A stretch of DNA of 64,000 nucleotides. Source: Nitrospirota bacterium (GTDB lineage Bacteria; Nitrospirota; UBA9217). Shown piece after piece: positions 10,511 through 20,980 of this stretch (positions within the stretch are counted from its first letter, which is position 1; each line of letters opens with the position of its first letter). Below the pieces are notes generated by a model. That model was not told the origin of the DNA. It saw nothing but the letters and a program-made list of their open reading frames with translations, and did no database searches. The position numbers and the translations under genes were made by a program. The stretch is from contig CAWIYV010000014.1 in assembly GCA_963840455.1 (NCBI GenBank), forward strand, positions 352,001 to 416,000. Reading direction: 5' to 3'.

Positions 10511-11452
10511 GTGAGAGCGGTCATGATCGATCGGTATGGAACGAACGAGGTGGTCAGGGTCCGCGAGGCGCCGATGCCGGTGCCCGGGGCCCACGATGTC
10601 CTGGTCAAGGTCCGCGCCGCGAGCGTGAACCCGGTGGACTGGAAGGTGCGCTACGGACAGGCGAGGATCTTCACCGGATCGAAATTCCCCAAGGTGCTGG
10701 GGAGCGAGTGTGCCGGCGAGGTCGCCGAGACCGGGGCGGGTGCGGCGGAGTTCCGGAAGGGCGACCGGGTGGTCATATACACGAGCGTGAGGCGGCTGGG
10801 CGCGTTTGCCGAATACGCATGCACGGCAGAAGACCGGGTCTATCCCATTGCTGACGGCATCACCTTCGAGCAGGCCGCCTGCCTTCCCATCGCGGGCCTG
10901 ACCGCGCTCCAGTCGCTCCGGGACCACGGAAAGATCGCTGCCGGCAAGAAGGTGCTGATCAACGGGGCATCAGGCGGCGTCGGCCATTTCGCGGTCCAGA
11001 TCGCGAAGATCTTCGGGGCGGAGGTCACGGCGGTAACGAGCGGAAGGAATATTGAATTCGTCAAAGGCCTCGGCGCGGACAGGGTCATCGACTATGTGAA
11101 AGAAGATTTCGCCAAAGGCAGCGGGCAGTATGACCTTGTTTTCGACGCCGTATCAATGCGCTCTTTTGGGGTGTGCAAACGGGTCCTGACGCCTGCCGGC
11201 ATCTACGTGAATACCCTGCCGAACGCCACTATCGTTGTTCAGCTCATCACCAGTTTGCTGCCGGGGAAAAAGGCCCGTTCCATGTGGGTCAGGCCGAACG
11301 CGTCCGATATCGCCTGGATGATGGTGCAGATCAAGGCCGGAAAGGTCCGCATCGTCATCGAGCAGGCCTATCCGCTGGACCGGATCACGGACGCCCTTGC
11401 CGCGAGCGAGGCAGGCAGGACGAGGGGGAAGATCGTCGTCTCGGTGGGGTAA
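10511..11452 (+). CDS. NAD(P)-dependent MDR/quinone oxidoreductase-like alcohol dehydrogenase
   Basis: AASVNPVDWK, INGASGGVG and GKIVV motifs. Confidence 0.9.
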   Translation: MRAVMIDRYGTNEVVRVREAPMPVPGAHDVLVKVRAASVNPVDWKVRYGQARIFTGSKFPKVLGSECAGEVAETGAGAAEFRKGDRVVIYTSVRRLGAFAEYACTAEDRVYPIADGITFEQAACLPIAGLTALQSLRDHGKIAAGKKVLINGASGGVGHFAVQIAKIFGAEVTAVTSGRNIEFVKGLGADRVIDYVKEDFAKGSGQYDLVFDAVSMRSFGVCKRVLTPAGIYVNTLPNATIVVQLITSLLPGKKARSMWVRPNASDIAWMMVQIKAGKVRIVIEQAYPLDRITDALAASEAGRTRGKIVVSVG

Positions 11453-11509
11453 GCGCCGACACACGCAGGACGGTATGATCTCCTGCCGCGTTGATGCGGG
11501 GAAGTACGG

Positions 11510-12343
11510 TCACGGTTTGTAGTACATAAGCTTTCGTGCGAAGACTGCGGTGTCGCGGACGAGCTTCTTTTGTTCCTCCTCCGTCATGGGCTCGAACGCT
11601 TCGGCGAAACGGACGTTCTCCTCAAGCTGTGCGACATTGTCGCAGCCGACAACTATGTTCGTGACCGGATGGGAGAGGGCGAAGCGGAAGAAGGGCTCCA
11701 TGCCGGTGTACCCGGGGAGCTTCGAAGCGAATCCCCGGAAATAGACCTTCATGCCGATGACGCCCATGTTCTTCTCCAGGGCAAGAGGAAGGACCTCAGC
11801 AATAAAGCTCTTATACGCCGGTTCAGCGGGATTGACCGGCATCAGCACGGTATCGAAGTCGAAGCGCTCGATGCATGTCCTTATTATGGAAGGATGATGG
11901 TGCCCGGTGACGCCGATGAACCGCGTCTTGCCCCGTTGTTTCGCCTCGGAGAAGGCCTCGATCGCTCCACGCGGCCCGAAGATCTTCGCAAGCTCCTCTT
12001 CCTCCCGCACGTCGTGCACCTGCCACAGATCGAGATGGTCGGTCTGCATGTTCGCGAGCGTCTCGTGCAGATGGGCCAGCGCCCCCTTTCTGTCCCGGGC
12101 GTGGGACTTGCTCGTGAGGAAAATGTCCCTCCGCCGCTCCTTGAGCGCTTTTCCGTAATAGGATTCGCTTCCCGAGTACGCCCGCGCCGACTCGCAGTAG
12201 GAGATGCCCAGGTCCAGGGCCCGGTTGATGAGCGCATAGGCCTCCCGGTCGCGCCCAAAGGATCTGAGCACCCCCTCGCCGCCGAGGCCTAGGATGGTCA
12301 CTTCCCGGCCTGTCCTGCCGAGCATACGCTTCGGGATGGTCAT
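11510..12343 (-). CDS. Aldo/keto reductase
   Basis: KRMLGRTG, LGLGG, DHLDLWQVH and RFIGVTGH motifs. Confidence 0.9.
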   Translation of the reverse strand: MTIPKRMLGRTGREVTILGLGGEGVLRSFGRDREAYALINRALDLGISYCESARAYSGSESYYGKALKERRRDIFLTSKSHARDRKGALAHLHETLANMQTDHLDLWQVHDVREEEELAKIFGPRGAIEAFSEAKQRGKTRFIGVTGHHHPSIIRTCIERFDFDTVLMPVNPAEPAYKSFIAEVLPLALEKNMGVIGMKVYFRGFASKLPGYTGMEPFFRFALSHPVTNIVVGCDNVAQLEENVRFAEAFEPMTEEEQKKLVRDTAVFARKLMYYKP

Positions 12344-12413
12344 GACCGGATTATAGCATAGCGCCTCCCTTTCTTTCCTTTACATTCCCTCCGCGCTATG
12401 CTAAAAAATCGGC
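12344..12413. promoter_or_regulatory. Divergent extended -10 promoters, each 6 nt from an ATG
   Basis: Minus strand: TGC-TATAAT-CCGGTC-ATG. Plus strand: TTTACA-17-TAAAAA (with TGn)-ATCGGC-ATG. Confidence 0.55.
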
Positions 12414-15305
12414 ATGAAGCGCATTGAACTGCTTCCGGCAGGCATACTCCTCTTCATTGCCTGTTCCCTGCCCCTGGCCGCCCCTGCCGTCGAGCTTGAC
12501 GGTCTGCCCGTCACCGGGATCATCCTGAAGGACGACCTCGGCCGGCCGCTGCCCGACCATGACAATCTGCTGACGCTGATCGAAGTAAAGCCGGGCGATC
12601 CGCTCTCGCGGCAGATGGTCCGGAAAGGGATCGGCTATCTTTACCTTACGGGAAAGTTCCGCGACATCCGGGTGGAGGCTTTCCCGGATCAGGCCGGGGT
12701 GCGGCTCGAATACACGCTCGTCCCTATCATTATTGTGGAAAGGATCGTGCTCCGGGGGAACCATTCCCTGCCGGACCGCGTTATCCGCAACGCGGTGCGC
12801 GGGGTCGAGGGAAAGGAGCTGCGGGAGGAGAACTTTTCGGACATTCTCGCAGAGATCCAGGCGCGCTACCAGGCCGAGGGCTTCTACAACACGCGGGTCA
12901 CGTTCCGCCATGAGCCCGCCGCTGATCCACACCGGGTGGTCCTGTTCCTGTACATCACCGAACCCAAGCAGACGGTCATCGAGAAGGTCACGTTCAAGGG
13001 CACCAAGGTGTTCACCGATCAGGAACTGCTGAGTTCCATGCACAACCGGCCGGGCAGGCCCCTGCTCACGAACGTATTGCTCGAGGACGACATGGAGGCC
13101 CTCCGGCGAAAATACACCGATGCAGGGTATCCCGCCGCCGTGGCGGGTCCGGTGAGCATGAGCTTCCGGGACGAGCGGGCGTTCCTGGAGATCACGGGGG
13201 ACGAGGGGCCGAAGGTCACCCTGTCGTTCTCGGGGACCGATGCCTTCTGTGCAGAAAACTTCCCGGATCTGTTCGACCACGGACCGGACAACGACCAGCC
13301 GTTCACGGTGCTGCGGGAGGAGTGCGCGGCATACTTCCGCGATCTGCTCCTGATCGGGACCGAGCACGATGTGTCGGACACGGTGATCGAGAGCAGTGCG
13401 GACAAGATCAGGAAGGTATACCAGGACGAGGGCTACATGGATGTGAAGGTCGAAGTGAAGAAGACCGAAGCAGCCGGGCGCCTGGACATTGCCTTCCTGA
13501 TCCAGGAAGGGCAGAAGGTTGCCGTGGACAAGATCCGCGTGGAGGGGAACACGTTCTTTACCGCGAAGCAGATCAAGGACATTATGGCCACGCGGGAATC
13601 GGGGTGGTTTCGGTCTCGGCCGTACCGGGAGGATATCCTGGATAATGACGTTGACCTCATCACCAATCAGTATGTCGCTGACGGGTTCCAGTCGGCGGAG
13701 GTCAGGAGAACGGTGACACGGACGGCCGACGGCGGCAGGGCGCTGATCACGCTGAAGATCACCGAGGGCCGGCAGACCCTGACCGGGAACATCTCGTTCG
13801 AGGGGAACGCAGGCCTGGGCAATGAAGAGCTGGCAAAGGCGCTCCAGATGCGATCTGCTGCGCCTTTCAATGAACGGCTCCTGGAAGAGGACCGGTATCG
13901 CATCCTTTCCCTCTATTCCTCCCGGGGATACCTCAACGCGAGCGTCGAGGCGGAGAAGAAATCTGCCTTCGAGGGCGAGCCTGCGGGCAAGGACGGGAAG
14001 GGGGGGGCCGCAGACAACACCCCGGAGGTGATGAACATCAAGTACCGCATCACCGAGGACCAGCGGGTCTTTATCGGCAAGGTCATCCTCCGGGGGAACG
14101 TGGCGACCCGGGACTCTGTGATCCTGCGCGAGCTCGAGCCCCGGACCGGCGAGCCCTACAACTATGAGGCGATGCTGAAGAGCCAGCAGCGGGTCTACCG
14201 CTACGGCTACTTCAGCCTGGCGAAATTCGAGCCGGTCCACCCCAACGAAAAGGAGTCTGTCAAGGACATGCTCTTCACGGTGGAGGAGCGGCCCGCAGGC
14301 GCCGTGGAGTTCGGGATCGGGTACGGCACCCTGGACCGGCTGCGGGGGTTCGTGGAGGTTTCCCACCGGAACATCCTGGGCACGGCGCGCTACGCGAGGA
14401 TACGCTTCGAAGCGAGCGATATCCTGGAGCGTGCGGCATTCACGCTCCAGGAGCCATGGTACCTTGGGTATCGGAACCTGGAAAGCAAGTTCCTGCTGGC
14501 GTGGTCCAATGCGAAGCGGATCAACGAACAGACGCGCGAGATCTATTACGAGACCCGGAAGACGACCACCTCCTACGGCGTTGAGAAGACCTTCGACACG
14601 CTCAAGACCTCGCTCACCTACCAGTACGAGATCGTGACCAACTACAATGTGCAGCAAGCCGCGGAACTGACACCCGAGGACAGCGGGCATGTGCTCATCA
14701 GCAGTCTGAATCCAGCCGTCATCTGGGACCTCCGCGACAACCCGTTCAATCCCACACGCGGGAGCGTCCACGGCGCGAATCTCAAGGAAGCCATGGATCT
14801 CCTGGGGTCCAAAGCCAACTTTTCGAAAGTGACGGTACAATCAAGCTGGTTCTTTCCGGTCGCCGAACGCAAGATTCTTGCTTTCTCGGCGCGTGCGGGG
14901 ATGGCCTGGCCGCATAAGGACACGGCGGAGATCCCCATCAACGAGCGGTTCTACCTGGGCGGCGGCACCACGGTGCGGGGGTATATCCAGGACTCGATCG
15001 GGCCCCCCTCCGACGTGGCGGCCACCTCGAGCAAGGTACCGACGGGCGGCGACGGGATGATCCAGCTGAATGCCGAAATGCGTCTGAACACCGCCGAAAG
15101 CGGCGGGCTGGTGTTCTTTACCGACGCGGGGAACGTCTGGGTGCAGCAGGCCATCCACCTCAATGACCTCCGGGCGTCTTACGGAATGGGGCTCCGGTAT
15201 AACACCCCGGTCGGGCCCATCCGGGTGGACTACGGCCAGAAGATCCACCGCCGGACCGGCGAGAGCCCGGGAGAGCTCCATTTCAGCATAGGCCACGCTT
15301 TCTAA
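12414..15305 (+). CDS. Omp85 family outer-membrane assembly protein (BamA/TamA-like, multiple POTRA domains)
   Basis: Signal peptide, repeated POTRA patterns, ERFYLGGGTTVRGY, YNTPVGPIRVDYG and terminal SIGHAF. Confidence 0.9.
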   Translation: MKRIELLPAGILLFIACSLPLAAPAVELDGLPVTGIILKDDLGRPLPDHDNLLTLIEVKPGDPLSRQMVRKGIGYLYLTGKFRDIRVEAFPDQAGVRLEYTLVPIIIVERIVLRGNHSLPDRVIRNAVRGVEGKELREENFSDILAEIQARYQAEGFYNTRVTFRHEPAADPHRVVLFLYITEPKQTVIEKVTFKGTKVFTDQELLSSMHNRPGRPLLTNVLLEDDMEALRRKYTDAGYPAAVAGPVSMSFRDERAFLEITGDEGPKVTLSFSGTDAFCAENFPDLFDHGPDNDQPFTVLREECAAYFRDLLLIGTEHDVSDTVIESSADKIRKVYQDEGYMDVKVEVKKTEAAGRLDIAFLIQEGQKVAVDKIRVEGNTFFTAKQIKDIMATRESGWFRSRPYREDILDNDVDLITNQYVADGFQSAEVRRTVTRTADGGRALITLKITEGRQTLTGNISFEGNAGLGNEELAKALQMRSAAPFNERLLEEDRYRILSLYSSRGYLNASVEAEKKSAFEGEPAGKDGKGGAADNTPEVMNIKYRITEDQRVFIGKVILRGNVATRDSVILRELEPRTGEPYNYEAMLKSQQRVYRYGYFSLAKFEPVHPNEKESVKDMLFTVEERPAGAVEFGIGYGTLDRLRGFVEVSHRNILGTARYARIRFEASDILERAAFTLQEPWYLGYRNLESKFLLAWSNAKRINEQTREIYYETRKTTTSYGVEKTFDTLKTSLTYQYEIVTNYNVQQAAELTPEDSGHVLISSLNPAVIWDLRDNPFNPTRGSVHGANLKEAMDLLGSKANFSKVTVQSSWFFPVAERKILAFSARAGMAWPHKDTAEIPINERFYLGGGTTVRGYIQDSIGPPSDVAATSSKVPTGGDGMIQLNAEMRLNTAESGGLVFFTDAGNVWVQQAIHLNDLRASYGMGLRYNTPVGPIRVDYGQKIHRRTGESPGELHFSIGHAF

Positions 15306-15449
15306 CAGATCACGGAAAAAGGCGTTTTTTGTCTTTGCGAGCGTAGTGAGGCGATCTCGCGGTTAACCATAGCGGGTACTGAGAGATCGCTCCGTCGCAC
15401 AAATCGCTCCTCGCAATGGACCATTCGGGACTTTTTCAGCAAACGGTTA
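15303..15449. repeat. Nested REP/REPIN-like palindrome
   Basis: Inner GTCTTTGCGAG..GCGATCTC / GAGATCGC..CTCGCAATGGAC (15331-15421) inside an outer imperfect TAACAG..GAAAAAG / CTTTTTCAG..GGTTA pair. Confidence 0.6.
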
Positions 15450-15551
15450 AGGGCCGGATGCGGCACTGCTGCTGGACGAAACCGTTCCGTGATGGTATTA
15501 TGCCATTACGAACCTTGCCCGCGCCTGCGTGGCGGACCTTTCGACAAAACC

Positions 15552-17483
15552 ATGCATATCCATAGAAGACTCATTGTACTGGTCGGCCTGGGGATGCTCC
15601 TCATCATGACCATCACCGTGCTCTCGGTAGAGAACATCACCGGTGAGTTCTCCCAGACCGTTCGGAGTGTCGGGACGATCTCGCTCGAGGTCCGCAAGGT
15701 CTGGAACATCGAGCAGAAGATCGGCGACGCGACCCGGATGGTCCGCGAGTACGTCAGGACCGGCGATGAGCATTACCGGCGCAACTATCGGATATTCCAC
15801 GATGCCGCGGAGCAGATGCTGACGGAGATGAACGCCCTGGAGCTGGACAAGCGCGAGGTGAAGGTCCTTGGGGCGCTCATGAACGATTTCAACACCATCG
15901 AGGACAAGGTCGAAAGGATATTCGTCCTTGACCTTGCGCATGCCGGGACCCGAACCGAGGCCAACACGCTCCTGAACGACCTGGACAACCTGGCCGCATG
16001 GATGCAGCACGACATCGAGCGCTACAAGGAGGAGAACGCCCTCCGCCTGGACTCGGTGGCAAAGGACATCCAGGGAACCAAGCTCAGGATCAATATCCTC
16101 TTCGGCATCATCCTCGTTGCAATGGTGGGGTTCCTCCTGGCCTTCGGTTTGTATCTCTACCGGAAACTTTCCATTCCGCTGGTCCAGCTGTGGCAGGGGG
16201 CGGAAGAGATAAGCCGCGGAAACCTCGACTACCAGATGCAGGTGCGGGGCGAGACCGACATCGCCATGCTGGCGGAGCGGTTCAACGAGATGGCCCAGAA
16301 GCTCAAGGCATCCTACGCCGGCCTCGAGCAGAGGCTGATGGAGCGAACGCAGCAGGTGGCCGCGATGAACTCGGTCGCGCTCACCCTCGGCAGGACCGGT
16401 ACCCTCAGGGAGGTACTCCAGGAGTCCTTGAAGACGGTCCTGCAAAGCTACTCGGACATAGAACCTCGCGGCGGCATCTTCCTGTGCGATCCCGACGGCG
16501 AGACCCTGCGGCTCACCGCGCACCTGGGCCTTACTCCGGAGTTCGCCGCCCGCGAGGAACGGATCAGGATGGGCGAATGCCTCTGCGGGATGGTCGCCCA
16601 GACCGGCGAGATGATCTATGCCGACAAGGGCTGCGGCGACCCGCGCCACACACGGGGTGATTCGCACCCGGGCGGCTCACACATCGTTATCCCCATCAAA
16701 TCGCGGGGGATCGTCCTTGGCGTCATCTTTCTCTATCCGGCGAAGAGCTTCAGCCTCAAGCCGTCTGACGTACGGATGTTCGACACCATTGGGGCCCAGC
16801 TCGGGATGGCAGTGGAGAACATCAGACTCTATGCCGAGGTGAAGGAATCGAGCGAGAAGTACTGGGACCTCTTCGAGAAATCCCGCGACATCCTTTTTAC
16901 CGTGGACGGGGAGGGCCGGCTTACGGTGGTGAACGAATCGATGGAGCGGTTCCTCGGCCGCACCAAGCGGGAGATCATCGGCGCGAGCATCTTCGACATT
17001 CTGACCGAGGAAGGCAGGGCGCTCGCCCGGCGCATCCTGGCCGGCGAGGTCCCCCTGGGGGAGCGCATCTTCGAGTTCGCCGTGAACAGACCCAACGGCA
17101 GACAGGCCTATCTCGAGATCAGCGGACGGAGGCTCGTCGTGAAGAACCATGCCGCCGGATTCCAGTTCGCCGCGCGGGACGTGACGGAGCAGAAAGAGCT
17201 CCGCGAACTTCTCGTCAAGGCGGAGCGCCTGGCCGCCATCGGCCAGGTCGGCATTGCCATGCGGCACGAGATCAACAACCCGCTGACCACGGTCATCGGA
17301 AACACGGAGCTGCTCCTGGACCGGGTTGAAGGGAGAGAAGGGGAACTGAAGAAGCGGCTCGAGCTGATCCTGAGCAATGCCTTGAGGATCTCGGAGATCG
17401 TCAAACGGATGCAGGAGATCAAACAGGACAAGACCGTCGAGTACCTGAAGGGCGTGAAGATGACGGATCTGACGAAGGAGTAG
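15552..17483 (+). CDS. Membrane sensor (TM-HAMP-GAF-PAS-HisKA) lacking the HATPase domain
   Basis: Two TM helices, HAMP (FNEMA), GAF, PAS and MRHEINNPL H-box. Protein ends ~60 aa later with no N/G/F boxes. Confidence 0.85.
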   Translation: MHIHRRLIVLVGLGMLLIMTITVLSVENITGEFSQTVRSVGTISLEVRKVWNIEQKIGDATRMVREYVRTGDEHYRRNYRIFHDAAEQMLTEMNALELDKREVKVLGALMNDFNTIEDKVERIFVLDLAHAGTRTEANTLLNDLDNLAAWMQHDIERYKEENALRLDSVAKDIQGTKLRINILFGIILVAMVGFLLAFGLYLYRKLSIPLVQLWQGAEEISRGNLDYQMQVRGETDIAMLAERFNEMAQKLKASYAGLEQRLMERTQQVAAMNSVALTLGRTGTLREVLQESLKTVLQSYSDIEPRGGIFLCDPDGETLRLTAHLGLTPEFAAREERIRMGECLCGMVAQTGEMIYADKGCGDPRHTRGDSHPGGSHIVIPIKSRGIVLGVIFLYPAKSFSLKPSDVRMFDTIGAQLGMAVENIRLYAEVKESSEKYWDLFEKSRDILFTVDGEGRLTVVNESMERFLGRTKREIIGASIFDILTEEGRALARRILAGEVPLGERIFEFAVNRPNGRQAYLEISGRRLVVKNHAAGFQFAARDVTEQKELRELLVKAERLAAIGQVGIAMRHEINNPLTTVIGNTELLLDRVEGREGELKKRLELILSNALRISEIVKRMQEIKQDKTVEYLKGVKMTDLTKE

Positions 17484-17530
17484 ATACGGACACGGAGACA
17501 CGGGGACACGGGGACAAGGGGACAAGGGCA
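17483..17530 (+). repeat. 8-nt-period tandem tract GACA(C/A)GGG
   Basis: gacacgga gacacggg gacacggg gacaaggg gacaaggg fills the intergenic gap. Confidence 0.85.
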
Positions 17531-18187
17531 ATGCGGAGGCATGCAGCTGGATGGACCGTGGGAGCCGCGGTAATCATGGCCTGCCTGTGCATCCTGATTG
17601 CCGCCACGAGTCACGCCGTGCTGCTCGACCGGGTGGTCGCGGCGGTGAACAATGATGTCATCACGCTCTCCGAGCTCCAGCAGGCGGTCGCGTTCAACGC
17701 GGCCGTCGGCGGGAAGGCCAGCGGGAGCCGGCTCGAAATGGAGACCCTGCAGGGCATCATCAACCGGCGGCTGCTGCTGCAGGAGGCTTACCGCCTCAAG
17801 GTCGCTGAGGTGTCGGAACAGGACATCGCGGCTGAGGTCGTGCGGCTTCGCGAGCGGCTCGGGACCGAAGCCGCGTTCCGGGAGTTCCTTGCCCGGATCG
17901 GTTTGACCGAGGCGCAGCTCGAGAAGCTTCTGGGCGAGCGCCTGCTGGTCGAGCGGTTCGTGGAGAAGAAGATCGGTCTCTTCGCCCGCGTGAACCGGGA
18001 TGATGTCCAGGCCTACTTCCGAGAGCATCCTGACGAGTTCAGGGACAAGCGATTCACGGAGGTCCAGAAACAGATCACGGCGCGCCTGACCGAGCAGAAA
18101 GTAAGCCAGCAGCTCGACCAGTACGTGGATGAGCTCCGCAGCCGGGCGTTCATCAGGATCAATGCGGTGCGGGAAGACGGGCAGTAG
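17531..18187 (+). CDS. SurA N-terminal-domain chaperone protein
   Basis: DRVVAAVNNDVITLSEL, LLLQEA and VDELRSRAFI; no full PPIase domain. Confidence 0.8.
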   Translation: MRRHAAGWTVGAAVIMACLCILIAATSHAVLLDRVVAAVNNDVITLSELQQAVAFNAAVGGKASGSRLEMETLQGIINRRLLLQEAYRLKVAEVSEQDIAAEVVRLRERLGTEAAFREFLARIGLTEAQLEKLLGERLLVERFVEKKIGLFARVNRDDVQAYFREHPDEFRDKRFTEVQKQITARLTEQKVSQQLDQYVDELRSRAFIRINAVREDGQ

Positions 18188-18199
18188 GGAAGGACGAGG

Positions 18200-18241
<42 letters not shown>

Positions 18242-18293
18242 ACATCCCTTCCAGAAGCATTCATAGATTTTCCCGAAAAGGAGCATCGTTCCC

Positions 18294-19235
18294 ATGAAAA
18301 AGATCATATTCCCTGCAATTATTCTATTCTTGCTCGCGGGAGCCGGCGGCTGCACGTTCCTGAAGGTGAACATCGGGGACGAGGTCCAGCCGCTCACGGA
18401 AAAGGCCATTGCCGGCAAGGGACGGGACAAGGTCCTGGTCCTGGACATCAGCGGCATCATCATGGGCGGGGAGACCGGCTCCCCCCTGTCTGACCGGAAG
18501 AAGCCCGGCCTGATCGCTCGGGTGCGCGAGGCCCTTGACCGGGCGCGTCAGGACGCACAGGTGAAGGCGGTGGTGCTCCGCGTGAACAGCCCGGGCGGCG
18601 GCGTCACGGCGTCCGACATCCTGTACCACGAGCTCAAGACGTTCAAACAGGAGACGGGCGTGACGCTCGTGGCGCATATCATGGATGTGGGGGCTTCGGG
18701 CGCCTATTACGCGGCGCTGGCCGCAGATGCCATCACAGCGCAGCCCACGAGCGTGACCGGCAGCATCGGCGTCATCATGTACCGTATCGACGCCACGGGC
18801 CTGATGCAGAAGATCGGGCTCCAGACCGCGGAGATCGTGTCGGCAGACAAGAAGGGCATCGGCTCTCCCTTCCGGCCCCTCACGGACGACGAGCGGAAGA
18901 TCTTTCAGGGGTTCATCGATTCGCTCTACGGCCGGTTCACCGGCCTTGTCGCCGAGGAGCGGAGGATGACGCCGGACGCGGTGAAAAAGATGGCGGACGG
19001 AAGGATCTTTACGAGCCAGGAGGCGCAGGCGGGCGGGCTCATCGACGGGATCGGGTACCTGGAGGGCGCCATCGAGCTGGCGAAGAAGAAGGCGGGCCTG
19101 TCGGAGGCCACGGTGGTGACCTATTTCCGTCCGGGCGAATACCGGACCAATATCTATTCCATGAACCTGATCAACATCGACCTGGGGGACCTTGCGGACC
19201 CGGGAGCGAAGTTCCTTTATCTGTGGTGGCCGTAA
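18294..19235 (+). CDS. sppA: Signal peptide peptidase SppA (36K type)
   Basis: LRVNSPGG, ASGAYY, TGSIGV and DGRIF motifs. Confidence 0.92.
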   Translation: MKKIIFPAIILFLLAGAGGCTFLKVNIGDEVQPLTEKAIAGKGRDKVLVLDISGIIMGGETGSPLSDRKKPGLIARVREALDRARQDAQVKAVVLRVNSPGGGVTASDILYHELKTFKQETGVTLVAHIMDVGASGAYYAALAADAITAQPTSVTGSIGVIMYRIDATGLMQKIGLQTAEIVSADKKGIGSPFRPLTDDERKIFQGFIDSLYGRFTGLVAEERRMTPDAVKKMADGRIFTSQEAQAGGLIDGIGYLEGAIELAKKKAGLSEATVVTYFRPGEYRTNIYSMNLINIDLGDLADPGAKFLYLWWP

Positions 19236-19487
19236 GCAGGATCTGATGACACAATATATCATCCTGGCGACAGATATGTCACTCACGCGTGGCATTCGTT
19301 TTGCTGAAGCCGTTAACACCGAAAATTCGTTGATTCCGACTTAGCCCCTAACTAGACAATCATTGATTAGGCACATACGATAATCGACAAGTATCGGGCA
19401 TTGTTTTTGCTAAACTGGTAAGGAACGGAAATCCATACTTTACGACTTAGCTACGGCTAGATAATCATTGGTTATCTGGTAAATAAA

Positions 19488-20034
19488 ATGGACATTGGAT
19501 TCGACACTCGGAAGACTTGACTTCAAAAAACATTGAGATTCTCCATATCCCACTGAATGTCGTGGCGTAGAGGTAAAAAGTATTGACCTCGTTCTGCTCT
19601 CGGCGGACACGGTTGGTTGTATAACGACTTATTATGGCCGCTTTGGAAACATCAAAAAACTTGATCCAAAGCGAGAGAGTATTCTTAAACAGTGTCGTAT
19701 TGAACTAGCCGTGGTCGTTGAAAAACTCGATGGTTTTGCTAAAAAGTATTTTAAGGAGTTATTAACACTTACTGATATTGTGTTAAATGAACTAAACCCA
19801 ATCAAAAAGACTCCAGACGAATTATATAAATTCATTAATTCCGCCATTATAAAGCTTGAAGCTCTGAAGCTAGATGCAAAACCATTACAGGATGTTCAGA
19901 AAATGGCATCACAACATCGTCTGAATGGCTTGGGGAACTTGGGAAAGCGGTGCGAGAAGTTCAAAAGCAAGAAATCGAAACAGATACTGGAAACTCCCCC
20001 ACGCCCACGCTCATGCGAACAGGCCAATGCGTGA
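19488..20034 (+). pseudogene. Low-GC degenerate hypothetical gene (cassette-like remnant)
   Basis: The frame of the 19711 ORF extends upstream (PYPTECRGVEVKSIDLVLLSADTVGCITTYYGR) to a TGA at 19534. The nearest ATG (19488) is out of frame. Confidence 0.45.
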
Positions 20035-20413
20035 GTGGGCGGCAACCATCCATTTCCTCTACTGCTCTGGCTGGGGAATTCTCGCCGCGATTTTCTTGGG
20101 ATGGTGTAGGAATCAGTGTACTCCAGATCCTTACAATTGACACTTATGAGGCATTTTCGTGAACCATGTCGCCTCAGCCATTTGGCATAATTCGCCGACC
20201 GCTTCGCGGCGAGTGAACTCGTTGATAGCCGCGCTTCGCGAGGCACATCGACGGGATAATGGACCGACCTGATGTCTCGCGCGAAATCAGACGCGACGCC
20301 ATCAACCAGGTCGAGACGGACTTGCCCTCTCCGGGGGCACGCCGCTCACCCCGACCGCTAGACCTGCGCGGGGTATACAGTTTAAGTCATAATAAGCATG
20401 GAGGTAGGCGGAT

Positions 20414-20875
20414 ATGAAATCACAGAAAGCAATCGATGGGATTCTCATGGGTTTCTCATTTGTATCATTGCTGTTGATAGGATTCAGCGGTACAGCTATC
20501 GGAAGGTCATCGGCGGATGATGTTGCCATAAAGGGGTACGATACCGTCGCATATTTCAAGGCCGGCAAGGCGCTCAAAGGCAATGAGTCATTTACCTTCC
20601 CGTGGCATGGCATGACCTGGCATTTCTCAACCAAAGAGAACAGGGACCTGTTTGCGGCCGGTCCGGAGAAATACGCTCCGCAATATGATGGTTATTGTGC
20701 CTGGGCCATGACGGAGGCACGGAAAGCCATTACCGATCCTGAAGTATGGAAGATCGTTGACGGGAAGCTTTACCTGAATTGCAGCAGGGAAGCGTATGAA
20801 AAATGGAGCAGGGATATTCCCGGCAACATCAAAAAGGCCGATACGAACTGGTTAAAATTCTCCGGCAGAAATTGA
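20414..20875 (+). CDS. YHS-domain secreted protein (Cys form)
   Basis: AIKGYDTVAYF, PEKYAPQYDGYCAWA and WKIVDGKLYLN motifs; RBS GGAGG. Confidence 0.85.
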   Translation: MKSQKAIDGILMGFSFVSLLLIGFSGTAIGRSSADDVAIKGYDTVAYFKAGKALKGNESFTFPWHGMTWHFSTKENRDLFAAGPEKYAPQYDGYCAWAMTEARKAITDPEVWKIVDGKLYLNCSREAYEKWSRDIPGNIKKADTNWLKFSGRN

Positions 20876-20980
20876 TCGCATAACTTTCAAGACATCTGTG
20901 AGAGATCGAACGGAATCCGCAGTTATTACCCCACGATAGAGGCATCCTTGTCCCGCTGCATTTCTATCCAATAAGACTTT

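Noticed and set aside
12396-14840. Long antisense ORFs (814 aa here; also 33402-35321, 38897-40954, 46751-48643 and others)
   Set aside because: Shadow frames of well-supported genes in high-GC DNA, with no recognisable motifs.
19534-19536. In-frame TGA as Sec in the low-GC ORF
   Set aside because: No Cys-type motif, no clear SECIS, and the start is also out of frame.
20414-20875. YHS-domain protein as a selenoprotein
   Set aside because: The family has Sec members, but the codon here is TGT (YDGYCAW).
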